Origin: Verrucomicrobiota bacterium
GTDB taxonomy: Bacteria > Verrucomicrobiota > Verrucomicrobiia > Limisphaerales > Palsa-1400
Direction: 5' to 3'
DNA length: 64,000 bases
NCBI GenBank assembly: GCA_049510745.1
Contig: JBEKYR010000031.1
Coordinates: 1 to 64,000 of the forward strand
Below the pieces are notes generated by a model, which had not been told where the DNA came from, did not search any database, and saw nothing but the letters and a program-made list of their open reading frames with translations. Position numbers and translations under genes: made by a program. This document shows positions 1-9,741 of the stretch, one piece after another. Position 1 is the stretch's first letter, and the number at the start of each line of letters is the position of its first letter.

Positions 1-255
1 GCCCGGGTCATAGTGGGCAGCGACACGCACTATCACGCCGGTGCGGCCGTGGCGCGCAAGGCGGTGGAGTTGCTGCGCAGCGCGCACGCCGGAGGCAAGT
101 TACGGGTCGCGCCCAACGAGCTTGTCTGGTTCGACAGCATGCAAGAGACGCTGGACGAATTGCCGGAAAGCGAAACGGAATTCATCGCCCGGCAATTGGC
201 GCTGGCCGACCGAAAGCGCTTCCTGCCGGAGGAGTACGGTTTGAAAGCTTATTAA
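1..255 (+). CDS. 3' end of a methanol:corrinoid methyltransferase MtaB-like protein (partial, starts before window)
   Basis: Frame open from base 1. ARVIVGSDTHYHAG...KAVELLRSAHAGGKL...E..W.D.M..TLDELPESETEFI...KRFLPEEYGL resembles MtaB C-termini. Confidence 0.6.
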   Translation, partial: ARVIVGSDTHYHAGAAVARKAVELLRSAHAGGKLRVAPNELVWFDSMQETLDELPESETEFIARQLALADRKRFLPEEYGLKAY

Positions 256-261
256 GATTAT

Positions 262-283
262 ACATCACGGCATGAGGTTGACA
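262..283 (+). promoter_or_regulatory. Putative PadR operator abutting a TTGACA -35 box
   Basis: Imperfect palindrome ACATCA-cggca-TGAGGT (262-278) overlapping TTGACA (278-283), directly upstream of the PadR gene. Confidence 0.35.
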
Positions 284-318
284 GCGGCGGGCCGGCGGGG
301 GCAGGATGAGGCGTCATT

Positions 319-654
319 ATGACCAAGACCAATCCGAGCTTCCTCAACGGCGTGCCTGAACTGTTGCTGCTTAAACTTCTGTCGCGCCGCGAAATGTACG
401 GCTACCAAATCGTCAAGGCGATCCAGGCGCAGAGTCATGAGCTGCTGTCCTTCGGCGAGGGCTGCATTTACCCGTACCTCCATTATCTGGAAGTGGAAAA
501 GCTCGTGACCAGCCGCCGCAAGGAAGTGGAGGGCCGCAGCCGCAACTATTACCAACTCACCCCGCGCGGCAGAAAACGGCTGGAGGAATTGTCGGCGCAA
601 TGGGGCCGTGTGACCGAGGGCATTTCCATTTTGATGCGAGGCGAACATGCGTGA
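319..654 (+). CDS. PadR-family transcriptional regulator
   Basis: ELLLLKLLSRREMYGYQIV...GEGCIYPYLHYLE...GRSRNYYQLTPRG winged-helix signature. Confidence 0.92.
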   Translation: MTKTNPSFLNGVPELLLLKLLSRREMYGYQIVKAIQAQSHELLSFGEGCIYPYLHYLEVEKLVTSRRKEVEGRSRNYYQLTPRGRKRLEELSAQWGRVTEGISILMRGEHA

Positions 655-715
655 AGCGGTTGTGATCCTGCGGGGGCTTGTTCCCTTTTTGAGGGTGGCG
701 GACATTATTAAGTGA

Positions 716-2380
716 ATGCTGGCGTCAGATGACATGCGGTTGCTCCAGGAATACGCGACCGGCCATTGCGAAGAGGCCTTCAGCGCGCTGGTGTCGCGGC
801 ACATCAACCTGGTTTATTCCGCCGCCCTGCGTTCGGTCAGCAATCCGCACCAGGCGGAGGAGATCACGCAGGCGGTGTTTGTCATCCTGGCGCGCAAATC
901 GGGGGCGTTGCGGCGGGGAACGGTGCTGTCGGGCTGGCTCTACCAGACGGCGCGCCTGACGGCAGCCAATTATCTCCGCACCGAAGTGCGCCGCCAGCAC
1001 CGGGAACAGGAAGCGCACATGCAATCCATCTTGAACCAATCCGAGCCGGACGCCTGGCCGCAAGTCGGCCCCTTGCTGGACGACGCCATGGCGCAGTTGA
1101 GCGAAAAGGACCGCAACGCCATCGTGCTGCGGTTCTTTGAAGGCAAGCCGTTGAAAGAGGTGGGCGCGGCGCTGGGCGCGAGCGAGGACGCCGCCAAAAT
1201 GCGAGTCAACCGAGCCCTGGACAAACTGCGAGACATTTTCCTCAAGCGCGGAATCACGCTCCCGGCGGCCGCGCTGGCGGCGGCGATTTGCCAAAATTCG
1301 ATCCAGGCCGCGCCGGCGGGATTGGCCGCCGGAGTGGCCGCCGGCGCCTGCCAAGGCTCGGCGCTGACGGCCTCAACATTAATTCTGATGAAAGGAACCA
1401 TGCAAACCATGACTTGGATAAAAGCAACCGCAGCCGTCGGCGCCGCCGCCGTCATCGCGCTGCAATGGCAGCAAAACTCGAACGAAAAGCAGCACGTCAA
1501 ACAGCTTGAAGAGCAAGTCGCGCAACAAACGGAAATCAACCGGGCGCAAAAGGCGGAGTTGGAACAGATGAAGGAACGAAACGCCACGTTCGCCAAGACG
1601 ATGGAGAACATGGCGCGCGACGTGGCCAAAGCGCGCGCCGGCGCCAGCGCGGCCCGCGCCGTCCCGCCGCGCACCGCCACGGCCGGCGCCGCCCCGGCAT
1701 CCCCGGCGGGTTCCAAGGGAAGCATGATCTCGGAGATGATGAAAGACCCCGACATGGTTAAAGCCATGCGGGCGCAAGAGGCCATGATGGTCAAATTGCA
1801 GTATGGCGCGCTTGTCAAACAACTCAATCTCGCCCCTGATCAAGCGGACAAGTTCTATCAAGTGCTGACTGACGGCGTCATGCGCAGCGCCGAGAGCGGA
1901 TCGTCCATGCTCTCCGGCGGAGTTTCCGCGGAAGCGGCAACGTCGGTGGCCGACCAGCAGAAACAAACAGAGAGCGATCTGCAAGCGCTGCTGGGCGACG
2001 CCGGGTTCGCCGCCTACAAAGACTACCAAAAAACCGTGACGGACCGGACCGAGCTCATGACCCTGAAGACTTACTTCGGAGACAACCTCGCGTTGAGCGA
2101 TGACCAGGAGCAGAAACTGCTTCAATCCATGATCGCGGTGCGGCAAAGCGTCAGGCCACCCACTGCTCCGGGTCTTTTTCAGATGAGCGGCGCGGAATAT
2201 GTTCAACAGAAGGAGCAGATCAATCAGCAGGTGCTGGCGCAAGCGGCGGCCTATCTTTCCCCGGAACAGCTTCAAGCGCTGGGCAACTCCCAATCGAACT
2301 ATCTGGGCATGGCACAAGCATCGATGGGGATGATGCAAAAGATGCTCGGCTCCCCGACAAATACAGCGGGCGGGCCGTAG
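716..2380 (+). CDS. ECF sigma-70 factor with long C-terminal extension (Ala-rich linker, hydrophobic helix, coiled coil, helical domain)
   Basis: Sigma2 (AFSALVSRH..LVYSAA, AEEITQAVF, GWLYQTAR) and sigma4 (LSEKDRNAIVLRFFEG...AAKMRVNRAL), followed by ~370 extra aa. Confidence 0.88.
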   Translation: MLASDDMRLLQEYATGHCEEAFSALVSRHINLVYSAALRSVSNPHQAEEITQAVFVILARKSGALRRGTVLSGWLYQTARLTAANYLRTEVRRQHREQEAHMQSILNQSEPDAWPQVGPLLDDAMAQLSEKDRNAIVLRFFEGKPLKEVGAALGASEDAAKMRVNRALDKLRDIFLKRGITLPAAALAAAICQNSIQAAPAGLAAGVAAGACQGSALTASTLILMKGTMQTMTWIKATAAVGAAAVIALQWQQNSNEKQHVKQLEEQVAQQTEINRAQKAELEQMKERNATFAKTMENMARDVAKARAGASAARAVPPRTATAGAAPASPAGSKGSMISEMMKDPDMVKAMRAQEAMMVKLQYGALVKQLNLAPDQADKFYQVLTDGVMRSAESGSSMLSGGVSAEAATSVADQQKQTESDLQALLGDAGFAAYKDYQKTVTDRTELMTLKTYFGDNLALSDDQEQKLLQSMIAVRQSVRPPTAPGLFQMSGAEYVQQKEQINQQVLAQAAAYLSPEQLQALGNSQSNYLGMAQASMGMMQKMLGSPTNTAGGP

Positions 2381-2388
2381 GGGCAGGC

Positions 2389-3309
2389 TTACGGCCTGGC
2401 CCAACCCCGGCCTTCGTGGCCGAAGGAAAACAATTTCGGATGGAGGATTTCGGCCAGGATTTCGATCGAGTCCACCACGCGCGGGCCGGGGCGGTTGAAG
2501 TAATGGCTGCCATCGGCCAGAAAAACATTTTTCGATTTGACGGCGCGCAGTTTCCGCCACTCGGGCCGGTCCTCCAGTGACTTAAGCTCAAGGCACGCGC
2601 GGGGAAGGTCGAATCCGCACGGCATGAGAACGATAACGTCCGGGTCGGCGGGCGCAAGTTGGTCCCATTCCAGGCACGGAGAGTGCCGGCCCGCCTGGCC
2701 GAAAAGATTCCGGCCGCCGGCCAGGTCCACCATTTCCGGCAGCCAGTTTCCGGCGGCCCTCAGCGGTTCGAGCCATTCCAGGCACGCTACCGCGGGCCGT
2801 TTCTTGATCAGGCAGGTGGTTTGGATGATATCGACGAGCCGGTTCTTCAAGGGCCAGAGCAGGGCGCGGCCCTCTTCGCCCACGCCCAGGGCGTCGGCGA
2901 TGGTTTGAATGTCCTTCCAAACGTCCGCCAGCCGGGCGGGCGCGATGGAAATGATTTCCGGCCGGCGCGCGGGCGACGGCGGGAGTGCTCTTTCCAAGTC
3001 GGCCAGGCTGACGGCGCACATGGCGCATTGGGCTTGGGTGAGAATCAGATCGGGGCGCAACTGCCGGAGGCGGGAGGCGTCGATTTCGTAAATCGAGGGG
3101 GCGCTTTGCGGCAGGGATTTGATCCGGGCAGCGATCTCCGCGCTGGAGGCGTCCGGGTTCAGGCGGGGGGCGGTGCAGACGGGAACGCATTGGATTTCCG
3201 GCGGGAAATCACATTCATGCGACCGCCCGACGAGCTGGCTTCCGCAGCCCAAGGCACAGACGATTTCGGTGCAGCCGGGCAGCAAGGACACAATCCGCTT
3301 CTGGCTCAT
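2389..3309 (-). CDS. Cobalamin/iron-siderophore-type ABC substrate-binding protein (BtuF-like)
   Basis: RIVSLLPGCTEIVCALG, LVGRSHECDFP, LRPDLILTQ, YFNRPGPRVVDS motifs. Confidence 0.85.
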   Translation of the reverse strand: MSQKRIVSLLPGCTEIVCALGCGSQLVGRSHECDFPPEIQCVPVCTAPRLNPDASSAEIAARIKSLPQSAPSIYEIDASRLRQLRPDLILTQAQCAMCAVSLADLERALPPSPARRPEIISIAPARLADVWKDIQTIADALGVGEEGRALLWPLKNRLVDIIQTTCLIKKRPAVACLEWLEPLRAAGNWLPEMVDLAGGRNLFGQAGRHSPCLEWDQLAPADPDVIVLMPCGFDLPRACLELKSLEDRPEWRKLRAVKSKNVFLADGSHYFNRPGPRVVDSIEILAEILHPKLFSFGHEGRGWARP

Positions 3310-3373
3310 GCAAAAAATTCAGGAGCCAGAATAACTCCGGCTCCAGAACGCAAAACAGCTTTTTGTGGCCCCC

Positions 3374-5911
3374 TTACCGGGCCACGGCCTTGGCCCCCGC
3401 CGCCTCGGCCGGGGCGGTTTTCTGCGGGGCGCCAGTCGTCTCTTCAGGAATGCGCATGCAATAGAAAGACCGGTAAACGAAGATGAGCGCGACGATAAAG
3501 AAGAACACGCCAATGACTGTTTTGGTGCTTTGCTCTTTCATGGTCACGGCGATCTCCGTGGCCAGGAGGCCAAAGAGGGTGGTGAATTTGATGACCGGGT
3601 TCATCGCCACCGAGGAGGTGTCTTTGAACGGATCGCCCACGGTGTCGCCCACGACGGTGGCGGCATGGAGATCGGTGCCCTTTTGGCGGAGGTCCACCTC
3701 GACGATTTTCTTGGCGTTGTCCCACGCGCCGCCGGCATTGGCCATGAAGATGGCCTGAAAGAGGCCGAAAAACGCGATGCCGATGAGGTAGCCGATGAAG
3801 AAGTAAGGATTGAAGAAGGGCAGCGCGAGGGCAAAGCAGAACACGACAATGAAGATATTCCACATCCCTTTCTGGGCATAAACGGTGCAGATGCGGACGA
3901 CTTCCTTGCTGTCCTTTTGCGAGGCTGTGGTTGCGGAAAGGTTCAAGTGTTCCTTGATGAAAACCACCGCGCTATACGCGCCCGTGACAACGGCCTGGCA
4001 GGACGCCCCGGTGAACCAGTAAATAACAGCGCCGCCCATGATCAGGCCCAGGATGATCTCGGGTTGGACGATGCTCAAAGCGTCAATGACGGGTTTAAAC
4101 GGACCGGCGACACCCGAAGCGAGCTGAATCTCGTACATTTTCTGCAACAACATGATGATGCCGAACACCATCGTGGTGGCGCCCACGACCGCCGTGCCAA
4201 TGAGCACCGGTTTGGCGGTGGCTTTGAACGTGTTGCCGGCGCCGTCCCCTTTTTCGAGCTGATACTTGGCGTTCTCAAAGTCCGCGTCGAATCCGAAGTC
4301 GCGCTTGATTTCCGCTTTGATGTCTTTGCGCCCCTCGATCTGGCTCAGTTCATAGACCGATTGGGCATTGTCCGTGACCGGGCCGTAACTGTCCACCGCA
4401 ATGGTGACGGGTCCCATGCCAAGGAAGCCGAAGGCGACAAGGCCAAAGGCAAAAATGGGCGCGGCAAAGGCGAACTTGGCCGGCAAGAGCGAATGCAAGG
4501 CCGGATTTCCGGAGAAATAATACGAGGCGGCCATGAGCGTCATGATGCAAAGCCCCATCCAGAAGGCGGAGAAATTGCCCGCCACGAAGCCGGACAGAAT
4601 GTTGAGCGACGCCCCGCCGTGTTTGGAGCAGTTGGTCACTTCCTTGACATGGCGCGAGTTGGTGCTGACAAAGATCTTGGTGAATTCCGGGATCAGCGCC
4701 CCCGCCACTGTGCCGCAACTGATGATGACGGACAGCACCCACCACAAATCCGGTTGCGCGGCCCCGGCGCCGTCCTTGAAATCGCCCAGAAGCAGCTTGC
4801 TGGCGATGAAAGTGACGGCGATGGACACGGCCGAAGTCAGCCAGACCAGATGGGTCAAGGGCGCTTCAAAATCGAAATCTTTCTTGCCGCTGAACATGGC
4901 CTTGCTCACGCCTTGGTTGATAAAGTAGGAAACCAGCGAGGTCACAATCATGAGCGCGCGCATGGCGAACAACCAAATAATGAGGGTCGCGCAAGTGGCC
5001 TGGTTGACGTTGTCCGCCAGGGCCAGGGCGAGGAAGGCAATCAACGCCACTCCGGTCACGCCGTAGGTCTCAAATCCATCCGCCGTCGGTCCGACACTGT
5101 CGCCGGCGTTGTCTCCGGTGCAGTCGGCGATGACGCCGGGATTCTTGGGATCATCTTCCGGCAGCTTGAAGACGATTTTCATGAGATCGGAGCCGATGTC
5201 CGCAATCTTGGTGAAGATGCCGCCGCAAATACGCAGCACCGAAGCGCCGAGCGATTCGCCGATGGCGAAGCCGATGAAGCAGGGGCCGGCCAGCTCCTTG
5301 AGAAACATCAGGATGCAAATCATGAAGAACAATTCCACCGCCACCAGGAGCAAGCCGACGCTCATGCCCGAGCGCAACGGGATGCCCAGGGTGCGGAGCG
5401 GATTGCCTTTGAGGGCGGAAAAGGCGGTGCGCGAATTGGACACGGTGTTGATGCGGATGCCAAACCAGGCGACCCCGTAGGAGCCAAGAATGCCGACGAC
5501 GGAACAGAGCAAAATGAGCACCACATCGCCAGCGTCCTTGTGTTGCAGGCCGACGAAGTAATAAAGCATGCAACCGGCGATGAGCACCCAAAGGATGGCC
5601 AGGAATTTGCCCTGGGTGAAGAGGTAGGTCTTGCAGGTTTCCCAGATCGTTTCCGAGACCTGGGCCATGCTGGAATGCACCGGCAGGGCCTTCGTCTGAA
5701 AGTATTGCACCAAGCCGAAGATCGCGCCGAGGAGACAGACCCCCAGGCCCAGGTACATCAGCGTGGTTCCGTGGATGCCGCCCAACCCGTCAAATTTCAC
5801 CCCGGTCAGATCGGGAATTTTAATATCGGCCTCTCCAGCCAACACGCGGGAGGGAAGACCAAACGCGGCAGCCGTGGCCGCCGCCCAACACCATATCTTT
5901 TTATTCAACAT
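3374..5911 (-). CDS. hppA: Membrane-bound cation-translocating pyrophosphatase
   Basis: GGIFTKIADIGSDLMK, EDDPKNPGVIADCTGDNAGD, DSYGPVTDNA, GNTFKA, GGAWDNAKK and GDTVGDPFKDTS motifs; many TM helices. Confidence 0.96.
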   Translation of the reverse strand: MLNKKIWCWAAATAAAFGLPSRVLAGEADIKIPDLTGVKFDGLGGIHGTTLMYLGLGVCLLGAIFGLVQYFQTKALPVHSSMAQVSETIWETCKTYLFTQGKFLAILWVLIAGCMLYYFVGLQHKDAGDVVLILLCSVVGILGSYGVAWFGIRINTVSNSRTAFSALKGNPLRTLGIPLRSGMSVGLLLVAVELFFMICILMFLKELAGPCFIGFAIGESLGASVLRICGGIFTKIADIGSDLMKIVFKLPEDDPKNPGVIADCTGDNAGDSVGPTADGFETYGVTGVALIAFLALALADNVNQATCATLIIWLFAMRALMIVTSLVSYFINQGVSKAMFSGKKDFDFEAPLTHLVWLTSAVSIAVTFIASKLLLGDFKDGAGAAQPDLWWVLSVIISCGTVAGALIPEFTKIFVSTNSRHVKEVTNCSKHGGASLNILSGFVAGNFSAFWMGLCIMTLMAASYYFSGNPALHSLLPAKFAFAAPIFAFGLVAFGFLGMGPVTIAVDSYGPVTDNAQSVYELSQIEGRKDIKAEIKRDFGFDADFENAKYQLEKGDGAGNTFKATAKPVLIGTAVVGATTMVFGIIMLLQKMYEIQLASGVAGPFKPVIDALSIVQPEIILGLIMGGAVIYWFTGASCQAVVTGAYSAVVFIKEHLNLSATTASQKDSKEVVRICTVYAQKGMWNIFIVVFCFALALPFFNPYFFIGYLIGIAFFGLFQAIFMANAGGAWDNAKKIVEVDLRQKGTDLHAATVVGDTVGDPFKDTSSVAMNPVIKFTTLFGLLATEIAVTMKEQSTKTVIGVFFFIVALIFVYRSFYCMRIPEETTGAPQKTAPAEAAGAKAVAR

Positions 5912-6116
5912 AAAAAATTCGGAATGTGACTATTGCCACGAGAACGCGGAATTGCCAACTTCTTTTTGCCAAAAACAGACCAGATTTTGTTGTGGGCGCG
6001 GCCCGTCGCCAGCCGATCAGGACCCCTCATCGCAAGAAAGTGAGGTGAACCCGTCAACTGGCATGGCGCCGGGGAGGTCTTGACGAGTCCAAAGGTCAAC
6101 GCTCAAAGTTCAGCGA

Positions 6117-7091
6117 TTGATCGCGCCTTTGTCCAAACTCATTGACTGGACGGCCATTCAACTCGCGGCCGCGCGGATGCCGCAGGCGGATGGACGAAGT
6201 CCGCGGCTGGAGGAAGCGGGCCAATTCCTGCGGGGGCCAGAATTCATACCGTCGGAATCCGAGCCGGCGCGGGTGGAGTTCAACGGCCCGATGGATTTTC
6301 GTTTTCCCACCCCGCGTCCGGGCGACTTTGCGGAAAACAACGTCGTTTATGGCCGGCTCTACCGCTGCGCGGGGCGCTGGCGGGAACGGCCTGCGATCCT
6401 CCTGCTGCATGGCTGGAATGACCTCATCAATCATCAGCTTCGGTTTCCGTTGATCGCCCGCCGCTGCAACCGGGCGGGATTCAACGCGGCCACGCTGGTT
6501 GGTCCTTACCATTTTCAACGCCGTCCGCGCCAGCTTGGGGCGTGGGGCAATTTCTTGTGCCCGGATGTGTTGCGGACGGCGGAGGCGGCGGCGCAGGCGA
6601 TTGCGGAAATACGGGCATTGACGGGGTGGCTGTTGCGGGAAGGGTGTCCCGCCGTGGCGCTGTGGGGCATTTCGCTGGGGGCGTGGCTGGCGGGGTTGGC
6701 GGTGTGCCGCGATGGGCGCTGGGCCTCGGTCGTTCTGACCGCGCCGGTCGTGCGCATGGATCGGGTGATCGAGGAACTGGCCTTTTGCCGGAGCATTCGG
6801 GAGGCGTTGCAGGGACGGCGCGTGGAAGCGGACACGTTGAATCTGACCTCGGCCCGGCCGGCCATCCCCAAAGAGAATATATTGTTGATCGAAGCGACCC
6901 ATGATTTGTTTGCGCCGAAGGAAACCATCGAGGAACTCTGCCAGGCATGGGGGCGGCCCGACCTCTGGCGGCTGCCGCACGGGCACATCAGCTTTATGGG
7001 CGCGCCGGGCTTGACGGGCCGCGTCCTGCGCTGGCTGGCGCCGCGGCTGGGCGCATTCGGCGCGACAGAAAGGGACTTCCGTCAAGACTAA
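6117..7091 (+). CDS. Alpha/beta hydrolase (ABHD18/DUF2048-like); start uncertain
   Basis: ILLLHGW, PYHFQRRP, nucleophile elbow GISLG, acid in ATHDLF, C-terminal GH. Confidence 0.75.
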   Translation: MIAPLSKLIDWTAIQLAAARMPQADGRSPRLEEAGQFLRGPEFIPSESEPARVEFNGPMDFRFPTPRPGDFAENNVVYGRLYRCAGRWRERPAILLLHGWNDLINHQLRFPLIARRCNRAGFNAATLVGPYHFQRRPRQLGAWGNFLCPDVLRTAEAAAQAIAEIRALTGWLLREGCPAVALWGISLGAWLAGLAVCRDGRWASVVLTAPVVRMDRVIEELAFCRSIREALQGRRVEADTLNLTSARPAIPKENILLIEATHDLFAPKETIEELCQAWGRPDLWRLPHGHISFMGAPGLTGRVLRWLAPRLGAFGATERDFRQD

Positions 7092-7656
7092 AACGCAGCG
7101 GCCAATCCGCCGCGCGCGTCAGGCCGATGCGCGCCGTCGCCGCCAGCGGGCCGCGCCGCCGCCGCCAACTGGCGGCGCGCGGGTTTCTGGCGATGAACAG
7201 CGGAGAAGCGGCGTCGCACAGATCAACGCCGTCGAGTTTTCGGTCGATGGCGAGGGCGGCGCACAATTTTCCGGGGCCGTTGCTGAGTTGGAGGGGAGTC
7301 GCGGTGCGGCGGTTTTGGCGCATCCACTCTTGGCCGAACTGGGCTTCGAGCGCGCGGATGAGCACCGCCTCGGCGCAGCCCGCCGGCTGGCAGACCGCAT
7401 TGACGCAGAAGTGAAAGCCGTAAATGAGATAGACGTAAGCGCGGCCCGGCGGGCCGTACATGGCGCGGTTGCGGGCCGTCTCCCCGCCGTAACCGTGCGA
7501 GGCCGGGTCGTCCGCCAGGTAGGCCTCGGTCTCGACAATCGGCCCGCCGCAGAAACCGCCGGGCAGACGGCGAATGAGCCAGTGGCCCAGCAGGCGCGGC
7601 GCCACGAGTTTCGCCGACGGCTGGAAAAACGAACGCGGCAGGGGCGCAAACTTCAT
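6994..7656 (-). CDS. mpg: DNA-3-methyladenine glycosylase (AAG/MPG family)
   Basis: IVETEAY, MYGPPGRAYVYLIYGFHFCVN, AVLIRALE, NGPGKLC, RIGL motifs. Confidence 0.93.
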   Translation of the reverse strand: MKFAPLPRSFFQPSAKLVAPRLLGHWLIRRLPGGFCGGPIVETEAYLADDPASHGYGGETARNRAMYGPPGRAYVYLIYGFHFCVNAVCQPAGCAEAVLIRALEAQFGQEWMRQNRRTATPLQLSNGPGKLCAALAIDRKLDGVDLCDAASPLFIARNPRAASWRRRRGPLAATARIGLTRAADWPLRFSLDGSPFLSRRMRPAAAPASAGRGPSSPARP

Positions 7657-7672
7657 CGTGCCATCCGCCCCT

Positions 7673-8479
7673 TCAGATCTGCGAGTAGGCGGCGGGGCGC
7701 AAAAAAACGTTGCTGATGTCAGAAACGATTTCCGCGTCCGCGTAGCCGGGCGTGCTGCGCAGCTTTTTCCACTCGGGGTCGGCGCCGAAAGCGGCCCAAT
7801 TTTTCTCGTGCGCCTCCTGGTTTTCGAAGGCGAGCATATAGGTCAGATTGGGCAGCCGCGCGCCGATGAGGGTCTGGCCGAAAAACACCGGCAGCAAACC
7901 GGCGCGCCGGAAGATGGCGATTTCCCCGCGATTGAACATCTCGACCTTCTTGTCGTTCGCCTTCCGGCTGTGGCTTTCGTAGGTCCGCAACTCGAAGAAG
8001 CGCCCTTTGCCGCCGCCGGCGAAAGTTGGCGTTTCCAGCTTCGGCATCGACTCAAAAGAAATCATGAGCGAGCTTTCCACGCGCACGTAGGCCGGGTCGG
8101 CCGCGGGGGCGTCGAGGAATTCCGCGCCCGCCTTTTTGTACTCGGCGTCGGCCGCCAGCCGTTGCGGCGTCGTGACCAGCGATTCGAGCGAGGGATGGGC
8201 GAGCAACACGTACTGGGTGGGGCTTTCCGGACCCACCATGACGCTGAAGACACCGACGCGCTCGATCCCTGCGCGGTTCAGCGCGGGCACGGCGGCGTCG
8301 CGGAAAAAACGGTCGAACAGTTCCGTCTTCGGTCCGCGCCGCAGACGATAGAGGCGCAATTCGTAGAATTGCCGTTGCGCGGTTTTGTCGTTGTCTTCAG
8401 CGGCGGCCGTTGCGCCGGCAGCCAGGGCCGCGCCGCCGGCCAGCGCCGCGGAAGTTTTCAGGAAATCACGTCTTTTCAT
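7673..8479 (-). CDS. Tat-exported tandem NIPSNAP-domain protein
   Basis: MKRRDFLK twin-arginine signal; two (F/Y)ELRxY repeats; W..F..DPEW; FLRPAAYSQI end. Confidence 0.88.
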   Translation of the reverse strand: MKRRDFLKTSAALAGGAALAAGATAAAEDNDKTAQRQFYELRLYRLRRGPKTELFDRFFRDAAVPALNRAGIERVGVFSVMVGPESPTQYVLLAHPSLESLVTTPQRLAADAEYKKAGAEFLDAPAADPAYVRVESSLMISFESMPKLETPTFAGGGKGRFFELRTYESHSRKANDKKVEMFNRGEIAIFRRAGLLPVFFGQTLIGARLPNLTYMLAFENQEAHEKNWAAFGADPEWKKLRSTPGYADAEIVSDISNVFLRPAAYSQI

Positions 8480-8698
8480 GGGTCGTCACGGATTGGATTT
8501 TTCGAGCAGGCCGGCGGTTCAGTTCCCCCGGACTGACGGAGGATTGGGACGGCAAAGCTGACATAATCATCCTGTGAAGATATAGGCAGAGAACGGTTCC
8601 TGCCAGCCCAATGTCTGAATTGCGGGCGCGAAATCGGGTTTAATTTGCTTGCCCAATTGGCCCGAACCTTTAAGACTTTTCCCAACCATTCGATCGTC

Positions 8699-9718
8699 AT
8701 GGCCAGCAAATCGCAGCGCGCGAAACACTCGCCGAAACGCCGCAAAAAGGCGGCCCGCCCCGCCGCTCGAAAGCGTCGCAAGCTCCTCCGCGCCGCCAGC
8801 CCGCCGCCCGCCGCGCCCGCCCCGGAATTGGTCGCCGACATCCCGCGCGACGGCGATGCTTACAGCCCCGCGCCGGAGCGGGAAAGCGCCCCGTATGACG
8901 GCGACACGGCGATCAAACTGTATCTGCGCGAGATCGGCCAGGTGAAACTGCTCACGCCGCAGGAGGAGATCGAGCTGGCGGCGCGCATCAAGAAAGGGGA
9001 CAAAAAGGCGCGCGAACAAATGATCAAGGCCAACCTCCGCCTGGTGGTCAAGATCGCCCACGATTACGAGAATTTTGGCCTGCCGCTGCTGGATTTAATC
9101 AATGAAGGCAACATCGGCCTGATGAAGGCCGTGGAGCGGTTCGATCCGTCCAAGGGCGGCAAGCTCTCCACCTATGGCTCCTGGTGGATCAAGCAATCGA
9201 TCAAGCGCGCCCTGGCCAACCAGTCCAAGACCATCCGCCTGCCGGTGCATCTGGTGGACAAGATCGCCAAGATGCGCCGCACGGCCATGAAATTGCAGGA
9301 AGTCTTCGGACGCGAACCGACCGACGAGGAATTGGCCGAGGAAATGGGCATGCCCGCTTCGCGCGTCGCGCAAATGCGCACGGCGGCCATCCGGCCGGCG
9401 TCGTTGGACGCGCCGATTGGGGACGATGAAAGCAATAATTTCGCCGAAGTGGTCGAGGACGAAAACGCCGACAGCCCCTACGAACAGCTCGAGGAAAAGA
9501 CCGTGACCCACATGCTCCGCGAAATGATCAAGACCCTCGATCCGCGCGAGGCCACCATTTTGCAGTATCGCTTTGGCCTGGACGGCGGCAGCGAGAGGAC
9601 GCTGGAGGAAGTCGGCGAAAGATTCGGAGTGACCCGCGAGCGGGTGCGGCAGATTCAGAACATCGCCCTGAACAAGCTGCGGAGAATGATCGAGAAACTT
9701 GAGGCTGTCAAAACCTGA
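8699..9718 (+). CDS. RpoD/SigA-family sigma factor lacking region 1.1, with basic N-terminal tail
   Basis: LYLREIG, ANLRLVVKIA, DLINEGNIGLMKAVERFD, STYGSWWIKQSI, TIRLPVH, TLEEVG...VTRERVRQI. Confidence 0.95.
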   Translation: MASKSQRAKHSPKRRKKAARPAARKRRKLLRAASPPPAAPAPELVADIPRDGDAYSPAPERESAPYDGDTAIKLYLREIGQVKLLTPQEEIELAARIKKGDKKAREQMIKANLRLVVKIAHDYENFGLPLLDLINEGNIGLMKAVERFDPSKGGKLSTYGSWWIKQSIKRALANQSKTIRLPVHLVDKIAKMRRTAMKLQEVFGREPTDEELAEEMGMPASRVAQMRTAAIRPASLDAPIGDDESNNFAEVVEDENADSPYEQLEEKTVTHMLREMIKTLDPREATILQYRFGLDGGSERTLEEVGERFGVTRERVRQIQNIALNKLRRMIEKLEAVKT

Positions 9719-9741
9719 CCCGGCCCCCTACTTTCAGCCCC

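Noticed and set aside
3365..5929. 854-aa + strand ORF and other long antisense ORFs (10265-12502, 24182-26308, 32981-34753, 37596-39146, 47658-49268)
   Set aside because: Shadow frames opposite well-supported genes, expected in high-GC DNA.
6994..7091. 98-bp convergent overlap of the hydrolase and mpg 3' ends
   Set aside because: The overlap covers only low-complexity tails beyond the conserved domains; likely stop-codon drift.
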